Assembly: GCA_963792585.1 (NCBI GenBank)
Contig: CAWBWI010000001.1
Location: forward strand, 961,608-1,025,607
Source of the DNA: Candidatus Eiseniibacteriota bacterium
Lineage (GTDB): Bacteria > Eisenbacteria > RBG-16-71-46 > CAIMUX01 > VGJL01
DNA length: 64,000 nt
Reading direction: 5' to 3'
This document shows positions 50,213 to 61,108 of the stretch, one piece after another (position 1 is the first letter of the stretch; every line of letters starts with the position of its first letter). The position numbers and the translations under genes were made by a program. The notes under the pieces are model-generated. The model was not told the DNA's origin and made no database searches. It saw only the letters and a list, made by a program, of their open reading frames with translations.

Positions 50213-51480
50213 GCCATTCCCCTCCGGCCGATGTCCGACCGATTGACCATCCCCGAAAACGAAATCCTCGAAACGCCGTCGTAGGCGCGATCCAGCGCCC
50301 CCTTCAGATCCGCCCCGATCCCCGTCACACAGAGAACTCGTCCGCCGTCGGTCACGACCCCACCTTCCCCCGCTCTCGTTCCCGCGTGGAAGACAAGGAC
50401 GTCGGCAAGTTTGCGCGCAACCTCGAGCCCGCGGATCGGGAGCCCCTTCTCGTACGCGTTGGGATACCCTCCCGAAGCGAGCACGACCGTCGCGACCGCG
50501 CCCGCGCGCACGGCGAGCTTCGGCAGGGGACCGCGTGTTCCCGAGGCGGCGGCGTCGAGCGCCTCGAGGAGATCCCCTTCCACCAGGGGCAACACGACCT
50601 GAGTCTCCGGATCGCCGAAGCGGCAATTGTACTCGAGGACGTAGGGGCGCCCACTCCGCAGGATCAGGCCGACATAGAGCAGACCGTGGTACGCGCGATC
50701 CTCGGCTTGCAGGCCGATCAACGTCGGTTCGATCACCTCGCGCCGCACCTGCGCCTCGAGCGTCGCGGTCCAGCGCGGATAGGGAGCGTAGGCCCCCATT
50801 CCCCCCGTGTTGGGCCCTTCGTCGCCGTCGAGCAGGCGCTTGTGATCCTGCGATGGCGGGAGGAGGAAGTAGTCCGTCCCCCTGCAGAGGGCGAAGACCG
50901 AGACCTCCTCACCCTGGATGAACTCCTCGATCAGGATCCTTCGTCCCGCATCCCCGAAGCGTCCGTCGACCAGCATCGAGCGGGCCGCCTCGATCGCCTC
51001 GCCGGGGCTGGAGGCGATCACGACCCCCTTGCCCGCCGCCAGCCCATCGGCCTTGACGACCCGCGGATAGTCCGCTCCCTCGAGCGCCGCCTCGACCTCC
51101 GCCACCGATCCGCAGACGGCGTAGGCCGCGGTCGGGATCGCGTGGCGACGCATGAAGTCCTTCGAGAAGATCTTGCTCCCCTCGAGGCGGGCGGCGCGCG
51201 CCTGCGGACCGAAGACGCGCAGCCCCGCTTCCCGGAAGCGATCGACGATCCCCGCCACGAGCGGCGCTTCCGGACCGACGATCGTCAGATCGATCCCCTC
51301 CTCCAGAGCGAACGCCCGGAGGCCCTCGACGTCTCCCGCCTCGATCGGAACGAGCCGACCGATTTCCGCCAGTCCCGCGTTTCCCGGCGCCGCGTAGACC
51401 TCCGGTGAGCGGGGCGAGCGGGCGATCGCCCAAGCGAGAGCATGTTCACGTCCCCCCGACCCGATCACGAGCACCTTCAT
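50209..51480 (-). CDS. purD: Phosphoribosylamine-glycine ligase
   Basis: Internal start MKVLVIGSGGREHALAWAI within ORF 50209..52488. ..VVKADGLAAGKGV.., ..DHKRLLDGDEGPNTGGMGAY.., ..EYNCRFGDPETQ... ATGA overlaps at both ends. Confidence 0.9.
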   Translation of the reverse strand: MKVLVIGSGGREHALAWAIARSPRSPEVYAAPGNAGLAEIGRLVPIEAGDVEGLRAFALEEGIDLTIVGPEAPLVAGIVDRFREAGLRVFGPQARAARLEGSKIFSKDFMRRHAIPTAAYAVCGSVAEVEAALEGADYPRVVKADGLAAGKGVVIASSPGEAIEAARSMLVDGRFGDAGRRILIEEFIQGEEVSVFALCRGTDYFLLPPSQDHKRLLDGDEGPNTGGMGAYAPYPRWTATLEAQVRREVIEPTLIGLQAEDRAYHGLLYVGLILRSGRPYVLEYNCRFGDPETQVVLPLVEGDLLEALDAAASGTRGPLPKLAVRAGAVATVVLASGGYPNAYEKGLPIRGLEVARKLADVLVFHAGTRAGEGGVVTDGGRVLCVTGIGADLKGALDRAYDGVSRISFSGMVNRSDIGRRGMA

Positions 51481-52787
51481 CCGTCTCCTCCTTGCCCGAC
51501 GAGGTGGGGCACGACCTCCTCCGCGCGTCCGAGCCAACCCCACGCGCGCGGCTTGCCCCGAGCCTCCAGCCAATTCACCGCATCCTCCAGGCTTCCGAAT
51601 GGTCGGATCCCCGCCGTCGCCAGGCGGTCGGGCTCCATGCGGCTCAAGATGCCGATCTCGAAATCCTCGCAGATGGTTCGCAAGGAGAGTGCGGTGTGCA
51701 GGTGGAGTTCGTAGTTCTCGGCCGCACGCCGCGACAGTTCCGACGAGGGCAACGCCCACAGGCGCTCGAAGGTCTCCGAACCGCTTCCGTCCTCCAGTCC
51801 CGCGACGAGAAGGAGCCTTCCGCCGGGAGTGAGGAATCGCGACGCGTGACGGAGACTCTTGTGGGCCTGCAGCAGACTCGCGTCCCTCGGAAAACCGCCC
51901 GCGTCGGCGATCAGCAGCTCCGCCCGCTGCGTGTGGTCGAGCGCATGCCCTTGGAGATAGGCAAGACAACCGCGTTCGTGCTCCTCCCGCCAATGCCCTA
52001 CGGTCAGGATGGGCGGATCGCCCGGCGCCGGCTCGTACGCCTGGATCAGCAGATCCGGGGGGCAGAGAGAGACGGCATCGACAAGATCCTCGTGAACCGG
52101 ATTGCCGGTCAGATTCCCCGACTCGCACCCTGGATGAAGGACTCCGTCCGATGTCAGGCAACGCCTGTGGTTCGATAGGATCCCGGCGGGATCGCCCAGG
52201 CCCGGGAAGACGAGCTTGCGCCCCCCGCCGAAGCCGGCGAAGTAGTGGAAGCTCAAGTCCGCGAGCACGACCCGAAGATCGGCTTCGACCCATGCGGGGT
52301 GCAGGCGCACCTCCGTCCCCACGCCCGTCGTGCCCACGAGTTGGTGCTTCGCGTATCCCCCATCCCCATTCGCGATCACGGACCAGCCATCGGGGAGCCG
52401 GATGTCGTCCGGGAGGGACGGCCGGTGGACCCCCGTTGCCGCGAGGATGTTCCGTGACGACGCTTCGGGAGTTCGTTCCGTCACCCAACGCGCAGCGCCC
52501 TCCAGATAGGCTTCCCAGGGTCCGCGTCGCGTCGCGTCAGGGATCGCGAGGGAGACGCGCCGGGCCGAACGCGATACTTCCAGGAAGGACGCTGCATTGG
52601 GATGGTCGGCGAAGGCGCGATCGATTTCACCGCTTTGCGTGGCAACGGAGTCGGGTGCGATTCCCGCGGCTTCCCGAACCCGCGCGCGCAGGGTGCCGCG
52701 GTGGGGCGCGACAACAGGGGGGCGTTGCCAGCGATCGAGGAGCTCCAGGCGAAGGGAATCCCGCCCCATGCGCAACCAAACGCTCAA
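51477..52787 (-). CDS. LarA-like (DUF2088, nickel-pincer-dependent lactate-racemase family) protein
   Basis: 436 aa. LADLSFHYFAGFGGGRKLVFPG resembles the LarA cofactor-lysine region. ..HRRCLTSDGVLHPG... Confidence 0.6.
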   Translation of the reverse strand: MSVWLRMGRDSLRLELLDRWQRPPVVAPHRGTLRARVREAAGIAPDSVATQSGEIDRAFADHPNAASFLEVSRSARRVSLAIPDATRRGPWEAYLEGAARWVTERTPEASSRNILAATGVHRPSLPDDIRLPDGWSVIANGDGGYAKHQLVGTTGVGTEVRLHPAWVEADLRVVLADLSFHYFAGFGGGRKLVFPGLGDPAGILSNHRRCLTSDGVLHPGCESGNLTGNPVHEDLVDAVSLCPPDLLIQAYEPAPGDPPILTVGHWREEHERGCLAYLQGHALDHTQRAELLIADAGGFPRDASLLQAHKSLRHASRFLTPGGRLLLVAGLEDGSGSETFERLWALPSSELSRRAAENYELHLHTALSLRTICEDFEIGILSRMEPDRLATAGIRPFGSLEDAVNWLEARGKPRAWGWLGRAEEVVPHLVGQGGDG

Positions 52788-52809
52788 TGCGGCCCTCCGT
52801 ACTCGACCA

Positions 52810-55038
52810 TCACCCCTGAGCCTCGAAGGTGAGGTATGCCCGCAGAATCCGCTTCGTCCCCCAGACGGGGAAGCTCACCTCGACCCGCGCGGCGTCCCCG
52901 TCTCCATCGATCGAGAGGACACGTCCCACGCCGTATCGGACATGGCGCGCCCACAGGCCCTTCGGAGATCGCGTCGCCGGCTCCCGCGCGATCACGGGCT
53001 CGATCGGCTCCTCGACCGTCGCGGGCCGATCCTCCACCCCCAGGTCATCGTCCCAGCGATGGCGCGGCGCCGCTTTGCCCCGGAGGCCGATGCCGAACCC
53101 CGCGCCCTCGATCAAGAGAAGGTCGGACGGGATCTCGGAAAGGAATCGGGATAGATCGCTGCCCATCGTATAGTTGATCCGACGTCGCTGCCGGCCGGCG
53201 GAGAGACTCAGGCACTCGCGGGCGCGCGTCACGGCGACGTAGAATAGACGACGCTCCTCCTCCATCTCCTGCGGGTCATCGAGAGACGAATAGTGCGGGA
53301 AGAGCCCTTCCTCCAGACCGGTCACGAAGACGTTCGCGAACTCGAGTCCCTTGGCATTGTGAACGGTCATCAACGTGACCCGTTCCCCACCGGCATCGAG
53401 ATCGTCCGCCTGCGCATAGAGGGCCACCTGCTCGAGGAAACCCGCTAGGGTCGCCCCTTCCTCCGATCCCTCATAGCTTCGGGCGCCCTCGATCAGTTCG
53501 ACGACGTGGGCGAAGCGCTCTTCCCAGTCTCCATCGCCCTCCTTCCGAAGCCAATCCCGGTAGCCCACCTCCTGCACGATCGCCTCCAGCAGAAGGTGCG
53601 GCGGATCGGCAACCCGCGCCGCGAGCGCCCGCAGCCAGACCGCCAGCGCGGATAAGGCCGGGAGCCCTCTGCCGGTGACACCCCAGTTCCCCGCTTCCTG
53701 GGCGGCCGTGAGGAAGTCGGCCCCGCGGCCACGCGCCTCGGCGACGATCCGATCGATCGTCGTCTCCCCCGCGCCCCGTTTCGGTGCCAGACTCGCCCTG
53801 CGAAACGAAATCTCGTCATGCGGGTTGACGAGGAGCCGCAGGTAGGCGAGGAGGTCCTTGACCTCCCTCCGCTGGTAGAACGAGACCCCGCCGATGACGC
53901 GGTAAGGAATCTCGGCGCGCACGAAGGCATCCTCAAGGGGACGCGACTGCGCGTGCGTGCGGTAGAGGACCGCCAGGGCGGCTGGGGAGGTCCCGCAACG
54001 TAGCGCCTCCCGAACGCGCACGGCGACGCGACGCGCCTCCTGCTCCTCGTCCTCGGCGATCGCGAGCCGGACCCGCTCCCCGCGCGCATTCGCGGTCCAG
54101 AGCGTCTTCTCCTTGCGGGCCGCGTTGCGACGCACGACGGCGTTCGCGACATCGAGGATCGCGCCGGTCGAGCGGTAGTTTTGCTCCATTCGCAGAATCG
54201 TCGCGCCCGGGAAGTGCCGCTCGAACTCGAGAATGTTCGTGATGTCGGCCCCCCGCCAGCCGTAGATCGACTGGTCGTCGTCGCCCACGACACAGATGTT
54301 CCCGTGCGTCTCCGCAAGCCGGCGGACCAGGTGGAACTGGACTCGATTGGTGTCCTGAAACTCGTCAACGAGCACCTGCTGGAAGCGCTCCGCGTAGAGA
54401 TCGCCGATTCCGTCGTCCTCCGTCAACAGCTGCAGGGCCAGGATGAGGATGTCGTCGAAATCGACGCCGTCCTGCTCTCGCAGCCGTCGATCGTAGGATC
54501 GCCACACGCGGGCGATCCGTTGCCTCGCGGGCGCAGGTGAGGCCGCTTCGAACTCATCGGGAGTGAGGAGCCGGTTCTTCGCGAACGATATCGCCCCCTG
54601 CGCGTCCCGCGGCTTGAGCCCTCCCTCGCCGTCGGGCGATCCCTTCAGGATCTCCCTGAGGAGACGGATCTGGTCGTCCGAGTCGAAGATCGTAGGCGGG
54701 CTGCGAAATCCCAGCCGCGCGGCGTGGCGCTTGAGGATCCTCAGACAGATCGAGTGGAAGGTGCCGAGCCAGACATCGCGCGCGGCGGCGCCGAGCAGTC
54801 TTCCGACCCTCTCCCGCATTTCTCCGGCTGCCTTGTTCGTGAAGGTGACCGCGAGGACCCGCTCCGGCTCGACCCCGCGTTCGGCGATCAGGTAGGCGAG
54901 CCTGCGCGTCAAAACGCGCGTCTTCCCACTCCCCGCGCCTGCCAGGATCAGCAGCGGTCCGTCGCCGTGGACAACCCCGGCAAGTTGAACATCGTTCAAA
55001 CCCTCGAGGATCGGCGAGGATGAAGGAACGGTCTGCAC
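52810..55038 (-). CDS. uvrD: UvrD/PcrA/Rep-type ATP-dependent DNA helicase
   Basis: 742 aa. LILAGAGSGKTRVLT, VLVDEFQDTN, CVVGDDDQSIYGWRGA, TVHNAKGLEF, YVAVTRARE. C-terminal Tudor-like ..GVGRVLSIDGDGDAARVEVSF... Confidence 0.9.
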   Translation of the reverse strand: MQTVPSSSPILEGLNDVQLAGVVHGDGPLLILAGAGSGKTRVLTRRLAYLIAERGVEPERVLAVTFTNKAAGEMRERVGRLLGAAARDVWLGTFHSICLRILKRHAARLGFRSPPTIFDSDDQIRLLREILKGSPDGEGGLKPRDAQGAISFAKNRLLTPDEFEAASPAPARQRIARVWRSYDRRLREQDGVDFDDILILALQLLTEDDGIGDLYAERFQQVLVDEFQDTNRVQFHLVRRLAETHGNICVVGDDDQSIYGWRGADITNILEFERHFPGATILRMEQNYRSTGAILDVANAVVRRNAARKEKTLWTANARGERVRLAIAEDEEQEARRVAVRVREALRCGTSPAALAVLYRTHAQSRPLEDAFVRAEIPYRVIGGVSFYQRREVKDLLAYLRLLVNPHDEISFRRASLAPKRGAGETTIDRIVAEARGRGADFLTAAQEAGNWGVTGRGLPALSALAVWLRALAARVADPPHLLLEAIVQEVGYRDWLRKEGDGDWEERFAHVVELIEGARSYEGSEEGATLAGFLEQVALYAQADDLDAGGERVTLMTVHNAKGLEFANVFVTGLEEGLFPHYSSLDDPQEMEEERRLFYVAVTRARECLSLSAGRQRRRINYTMGSDLSRFLSEIPSDLLLIEGAGFGIGLRGKAAPRHRWDDDLGVEDRPATVEEPIEPVIAREPATRSPKGLWARHVRYGVGRVLSIDGDGDAARVEVSFPVWGTKRILRAYLTFEAQG

Positions 55039-55094
55039 GATTTCCTCCGGGTCCGGGACGGGGCGGCGCTCGGCCGCCTGTAGCGAAGGGAAGC

Positions 55095-58000
55095 CTACTT
55101 GTACTCGAAGCGCAACTTGAGGTCAAGCGAGTAGCGGTCGAACGGCACCTGCTCCTGGCCCGCCACGCGTCGTTCGAGGCCCGCGTTGAGATAGAGCTTG
55201 CCCTTCAAGTTGTAGCGGAGGTTGTACACCTCGCCCGCTGTCTGAGCCAATTCCCGGGAGTAGGCTACGGAGACCTGGGGAAGAAGCGTCTGGCGGACGT
55301 TGATCTTCCAGGCCGACCCCGGCGAGATCCCCGGCTGGACCGAGACGTTTCCGAGCGGCAGAACCAGTTGCGAGATCTGGGACTCGATCTGGGCAACGAG
55401 TTCGGTGAAGAGATACTGCCGCGACGGGTCGACGATGCCAACCGAACCTGTGGTCGGGTTCTTGAGCTGTCCTATGACCAGTAGGGAAACGATCTCGTCT
55501 TCCGCCCTCGTCGGTTCGGAACTGAACTCGACCTTCAGATCGAGAATCGGGCCGGTCACGTGGATCTTGACCGTCGTCTCCTGTCCCGCCTCTCCTTCGG
55601 TCGCCGGCGGCGCCACCCGCGTGTCGGCGTAGATGTCGAGGATCGGTTCGAGCCCTCGGCCCAGGTCGCGGAACTCAACCGTGCCCGAGGTGATCGTGAA
55701 GACGTTGTTGAATATCCGGTAACGCCCCCCGAGGACCGCGATCCCGCCGCTGACGTTCAACAAGGGGTCGATGAAGCTGACGTGGAGATCCCCTTCCCCG
55801 AGGTCCACCGAAGCGATGGCCGTGGACAGGCGGATGTTCCCTGGCGCCCGAACGTCGATCTCGGCGTGCCATGGACTCGGCTTTCGCGTCGAGCTGGTGG
55901 GCGCAAGCGGCGCTTTCGCCATGTCCCCGATGATCGCCCCCTCCTTGACCTGCACCGTCCCGACGATCTGCGGATACGATCCCAGATAGCTCGCAATCGG
56001 ATAGGCGCTGAGATCTCCGTCGAAAGTGAAGTGGTAGAGGCCCGATTCGAAAGCGACTGCTTCCCTGATCTTCCCGTCGAATTCGAAGTGGGCGAGATCG
56101 CGGAACCACCCGCCCAGCTCGATCGTCCCTTCCTTCCCGACGAATCCCTTCAAGGAGACGATCCGAACGCCGCTCGAATCGAGGTCGACGTTGCCGGTGA
56201 TCCCGCGCAGCCGTTCTTCACGGTTGGGGATCCGCAACCCACCATCCCTGATCGCCAGGGCCCCTTCCGGCCATAGCCGTCTCGGCGTCCCGCGCAGACG
56301 GACTGAGCCGGAGAGGATCCCGGCCGGATCCAGAATCTGTCTCGAGAGAGCCCTCAGAATCGCCAGGTCGATCTCGGGGAGGTCGGCGTCGAACGCCACT
56401 GGTTGGTCCTTCGGGATCCGCGTGCGGCCCGGCACGAGGCTCGCAATCAACGGGAGGCTGCCCTGCGCGCGCGAGGCATTCCCACCCTTCAACCAGACCA
56501 AGCTGTCGAGCACGGCAACCTGGGGCGCATAGCTCGCAGCAAAGACGACGGAGTCGGCCCCGGCCTGATAGACCTGTAGCCTGCGGACGATGCCCTGCAG
56601 ATCGCCGTGCGGCCGTCCGGCCGTTCCCCCGAGGTTGAGATCAAGGCTGAGCTCACCCTGGACCGCTTTCTCCAGGGTGATTCCGGCCGTTTCGTCGCTC
56701 GGCCGGACGGTGCGAATCCGCGTCATCATCGGATCAACCGGCTCCGCGAGAATGTTCCCCCCATTCGCCGACGAACCCGCGAGCGCCGTGTGGACGATTC
56801 GGTTCAGCGCCAGCCGATCGACTTCGACGCGCCCATGAATCGTGGTCCGATCGAGAAGCGCGGCGGGCGAGTCCTTCAGCCCCTTCGTGAATGCAGGAAG
56901 CGGCTCGGGCAAGCCCACGGTCAGGCGCGGGACAAGGAGCGTCCCGTAACCGCCGTTACCCCCTGCCAGGAGGGAATCGATCCGAACCTCACCGCCCTCG
57001 TCCATGGAAAGACCCGCATCCAGATTCCCGACGGGCCAGCCGGCGACCGTGAGGTTGCGCGCGGAGAGGGCCGCGTCGACTGCCGGCGCGAGAGTTCTCC
57101 CGCCAATCCGTGCGTCGACCTGCGCAATCCCAACCATGGCCGAGTCGGGCAACCCTAGGAGGGTTCGCACGTAGTCGAGGTTCAGATCGGCAACCTGGAC
57201 ATCCCCTTTCATGGGATTCCCGCCGCGGCCCACCTCGAGGTTTCCCGTGACGAGTCCCTCGGTCGATTCGAAACGGACTCCTTCGATCCTCGAAGCGCCA
57301 TGGTTCCAGAAGATCCGCGTCTTCTCGGCCATCGACCACGGGGCGAGCGAACCCGGCTCGAAATCGAGTTGTTCCACGACCAGCGATCCCGGATCCGCGG
57401 GGATGAGATCGACACCCGCGACCGCGCGCAACGAATCCCGCCGCACCTCCGCGGTGACGCGCATGGTTTTCTTCCAGACCATGTCGATCATCGCGGTGTC
57501 CAGGTCCACGCCATAGAGGTTCATCCCGTAGCCATCGAGGTGGCCGACCAGATCGATTGGCGCCAGCCCCCCTGCGAGCGAGTCGATCCGTATCCGCAGA
57601 CCGCGAACCTCGACCACGCGGAAGTCCCTCGCATCGAGCCGGGCCAGGATCCTGGGCGAGCGCAGCGTCCCGCCCAGGCTCGCGGTCCCCCCGACCGTTC
57701 CCTCGAAGGGAACGCCGGGGGCCCATGGACCCACCCAGCGGTCGAGTGGGATTTCCGTGAGCCGCGCCTCGATCGCCAGGGGGCCGTCGGGGAGCATGCA
57801 GGTTCCGTCGGCGCGCAGCCCCGCGCCGGCTTCCCCCACCTCGAGGCTATCCACGGTCACCAGGTTCTGCGCGAGCCGACCCGCGATTCGCACCGGCGGC
57901 AGCTCCTTCTCGCGCAACTGGAGGCGGGTGAAGTTCCCGCTGCCGAACGCCTCCGGCGCCCCGGGAATGAAACGCGCTCGTCCTTCGATGCGCCCGTCGA

Positions 58001-59143
58001 TGAGCGTGTGCGGCGCTCCGGAGAGCCAATGACCCAGCGACGGATCTCCCAGGTCGACCGCGTTGAGGACGACCCAGCCTCGCACCCGGCGCGTGCCGAG
58101 CACGACCTCCCCCGACGCGAGCACCCCGCCCACCCGATGTCCAAGCGCGAGGCTCTCGAGGTCGAGGGTGTCGCCGTGCTGGGCGAGACGCAGTTCCAGG
58201 CTGTCGAGGGGAGCGTCGAGCAACGATCCCGCCAGGGAGATAGTCGCCGAAGCCTTCTGCGAGGCGTAGAAGACACGCGCGTACCCGCGGAGGCTGTCCT
58301 CCTTCCCGAAGGGAATACGGAAGCGTTGGAGCGGGGCGATCCGCGAGGGCACGAGACGATCGACCCGCAAACTCACGGTGGCGAGGGTCGAATCCCGATT
58401 GCCCCGACCCAGCCTGGTCGTCGCGTCCACCCTCGACACGAAGCCGCGCGAGACGAGAGCCACGTCCTGCAACGCGAAGCGATCGGGCAGCGTGCCCCGC
58501 AGCCGACCGCCAAGGACGTCAACGGCGAGCGTCTCCGCGGAAATCTCCGCGTGGAGGCTGTCGATCTCCGCCGCAATCTCGCCACCGCGATGGGCGAGAC
58601 CGTGCATCACGATCCCAGCGCGCGCGACCGACCCCGACGCGTTTCGGAGATCCACACGATGGATGGTGAGACCGTTGATCCGGATCGACGGGATCTTCGA
58701 GAGTCCCCCCCCGAAGCCCCGTCCGCCTTCCCCGCGCCCGCCCGAACGAAGACAGGCGGCGATTCGTCGATATGGATGACCAGCGTGTCGAGCTGGACCC
58801 GGGGGGCGAGGATCCGACGCTGCAACAGGGGCGCGGGCCGCAGATCGACGGCCAGCGCGCTCAACTCGGCCCATGTCACGAACCCCTCGGGCGTGCGGTG
58901 CTCGAGCCGGATGCCGCGCATCCGGAGTCCACGGGGGTCGAAACGATCGACGTGGTCGATCCTCAAGAACCAGTCCGGAGGGAGTATCCGCGAATCGACC
59001 CCCTTGCCGAGCGCCCAGCCGCGGAATCGATCGTGACGGACCAGGGCGAACGGGGCCACGAACAGGATGTAGAGGAATACCGCGATTCCGGCCAACCACA
59101 CGGTCGGCCTCCATCGAACCCAGGTTCGTCCCTTCGTCGCCAT
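55095..59143 (-). CDS. tamB: TamB-like translocation and assembly module protein (DUF490 C-terminus); one frame break
   Basis: The N-terminal anchor MATKGRTWVRWRPTVWLAGIAVFLYILFVAPFAL (ORF 58607..59143) joins ORF 55095..59114 inside the C8 run at 58705-58712 (..GKADGASGG / GLSKIPSIRINGL..). About 1,350 aa of repetitive beta-rich sequence. DUF490-like end ..GKLYLNAGLERR..YSLDLKLRFEYK. Confidence 0.8.
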
Positions 59144-59144
59144 C

Positions 59145-61103
59145 TCAGAACGCCTGCCCGAGGCTGAAGTAGATCGCGGTCTGTTTCTCGCCCGGCGCGC
59201 GTCCCCTCCCGAGCTTCGACCCGTAATCGACCCGGAAAGGACCGACCGGCGTCAGGAATCGGATGCCGCCTCCGAATCCATAGGCGACATCGAGCGGATC
59301 CCACGCGCGACCGGACAATCCCCTGTGGAACCGCTCCAGTGTGATCTCGGAGACGTCGTTCCAGACGTTTCCTGCGTCGACGAAGAGGGCGCCGCTGAAG
59401 AGCCAGACGATCGGGAAGCGTAACTCGACATTGCCGAGCAGCATCGCGGTCCCGCCGACAGCCTGATTCGCTTCCGCGTTCGTCGAATCGCGCCGGCCCA
59501 GCGATTCCTCGCGATACCCCCGCACGGTCGTGCCGCCACCGAGGTGGAAACGCTCTTCGTAAGGGATGCGGGAGACCTTCAACGTGGTCTGGGTGCCGGC
59601 CACACCGGATCCAACCGGGACGATGATTCCGGCCCGGCCGCGCGCGGCGACACTGGTGCGCCGGCCGATCGGCAGATACCACGCACCGGTCGCCGTGGCG
59701 CGGCTGAACTGGTTGCCTCCTCCGAGGAACCCTCCCGCGTAGTCCCCGACCATCTGCCGGTAAGAGCCTCGCATCGCGTTCAGGATGTTGTCCCGCTCGT
59801 CGATGTCGAGGCTTGCCGTAACATTCCGTGTGACGTAGGTCGCGCGGGCGGTGCTGTCGCCCCGGGCGGCGCCTGTCCGGACCCACTTGTTCGTCAAGCC
59901 GACGCCGTAGCTCATGTGCCGGCTGTTCTCGCGACGCAGGGTCTGCTGCAGGCCGGTAATGTCCTGGTCGAAGGCCGGCTGGCGCTCGTATGTGTGATAG
60001 GCCGTCGTCGCACTGAGAACACGGACACCGAGAATCCAGGGAAGGCTGTAGCGGATCTGGCTATTCACCGACTTCAAGGGCAGGGTCCCGGGGATCTGCC
60101 CGCCCACGGCGAAGCCCACGTCCGCCGAAGCATCCAGGCTCTTGGCGGTCCGACCGATGTTCCGATTCCCCCACTCCCCGAGGACGCGGACGCGGTCATC
60201 CGAGCTGAATCCCGCGCCGAATCCGTACCACCCGGCGCTGCGATCGTGGGCCGTGATGCGGAGGTCCGCGAGCGGCAGCCCCGTGCTGTCGGGGGAAGGA
60301 AGGACCCGGACCGTACGGAAGACTCCCGTGCGGAAGATCCGCTCCTGCGTCTGAATCACCTTCGACGTGCGGAAGAGGTCCCCATCGTCGAGCAGGACCT
60401 CCCTGCGAATGACGCTCGCGTCGGTTCGCGCGAGCGCCCCGAGCGTCGTATCGACGATCACCGAGCGCATGTGAAAGAGAGGTCCCTCGTGAACCCGGTA
60501 GATCACCTCGGCGGAGTCGGCCCGAAGGCGCAGATCGGCGATGACCTGAGCGCCGATGTAGCCCGCATCGCCGTAGGATGCTGCGATCGCATCCCGGCCC
60601 TCATCGATCTGCTTTCGACTTGCCGCGCCGCCTTCCCGCACCCGGATCTGATCGCGCGCGCGGCCCCTCAACCGTCCCTGGACGCCTTCGAGTCTGATGG
60701 CGGAGACCCGGAAGCGCGGGCCCTCCTGGATCTCGATGTCGATCTCGACCTTCTCTTCGCCCGGGAGGTATCGAACCTCCGCGTCCTTCACGGTGGCCAG
60801 GGCGAAACCTCGGTCCCGATAGACGTCGAGAACGCGGTAGAGATCGAGGGCCAGGTAGTCCGGCCCGAGATACGGAGCAGAGCCGAAGGGATTCCACCAC
60901 GCCCGCGCCCGGAGCTTCATCGGAGCGCGCAGCGCGCGCTCCCCGATCGAGTGATTGCCTGTGAAGTGGATCGCAGCGATCTGGGGATTCCCCTCTTCCC
61001 CGCGCGAGACACCCGCCGGCAAGAGCGCGAGGATCGCCAGAGCCGCGATCGCCCCGAATCTCCCGCGACCCACTCCCGGGCCACGCACGCTCCCCTCTCC
61101 CAT
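59145..61103 (-). CDS. bamA: Omp85-family (BamA/TamA-type) outer-membrane assembly protein
   Basis: Internal start MGEGSVRG..FGAIAALAILALLPAG within ORF 59145..61412. POTRA-like repeats (IAAIHFTGNHSIGERALR.., VSAIRLEGVQG..). Surface-antigen barrel ending ..IYFSLGQAF. The stop is 1 nt from the tamB start. Confidence 0.8.
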   Translation of the reverse strand: MGEGSVRGPGVGRGRFGAIAALAILALLPAGVSRGEEGNPQIAAIHFTGNHSIGERALRAPMKLRARAWWNPFGSAPYLGPDYLALDLYRVLDVYRDRGFALATVKDAEVRYLPGEEKVEIDIEIQEGPRFRVSAIRLEGVQGRLRGRARDQIRVREGGAASRKQIDEGRDAIAASYGDAGYIGAQVIADLRLRADSAEVIYRVHEGPLFHMRSVIVDTTLGALARTDASVIRREVLLDDGDLFRTSKVIQTQERIFRTGVFRTVRVLPSPDSTGLPLADLRITAHDRSAGWYGFGAGFSSDDRVRVLGEWGNRNIGRTAKSLDASADVGFAVGGQIPGTLPLKSVNSQIRYSLPWILGVRVLSATTAYHTYERQPAFDQDITGLQQTLRRENSRHMSYGVGLTNKWVRTGAARGDSTARATYVTRNVTASLDIDERDNILNAMRGSYRQMVGDYAGGFLGGGNQFSRATATGAWYLPIGRRTSVAARGRAGIIVPVGSGVAGTQTTLKVSRIPYEERFHLGGGTTVRGYREESLGRRDSTNAEANQAVGGTAMLLGNVELRFPIVWLFSGALFVDAGNVWNDVSEITLERFHRGLSGRAWDPLDVAYGFGGGIRFLTPVGPFRVDYGSKLGRGRAPGEKQTAIYFSLGQAF

Positions 61104-61108
61104 GCCGA

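Noticed and set aside
50209-52488. N-terminally extended ORFs: 759-aa purD, 556-aa cdsA (62281..63951), 361-aa batE (30278..31363), 467-aa lipoprotein (17827..19230), 954-aa BNR (43366..46230), 8681 start for the peptidase
   Set aside because: The extensions overlap the upstream genes in another frame and are compositionally junk. Internal starts give proper signal peptides or lipoboxes, canonical N-termini and ATGA coupling.
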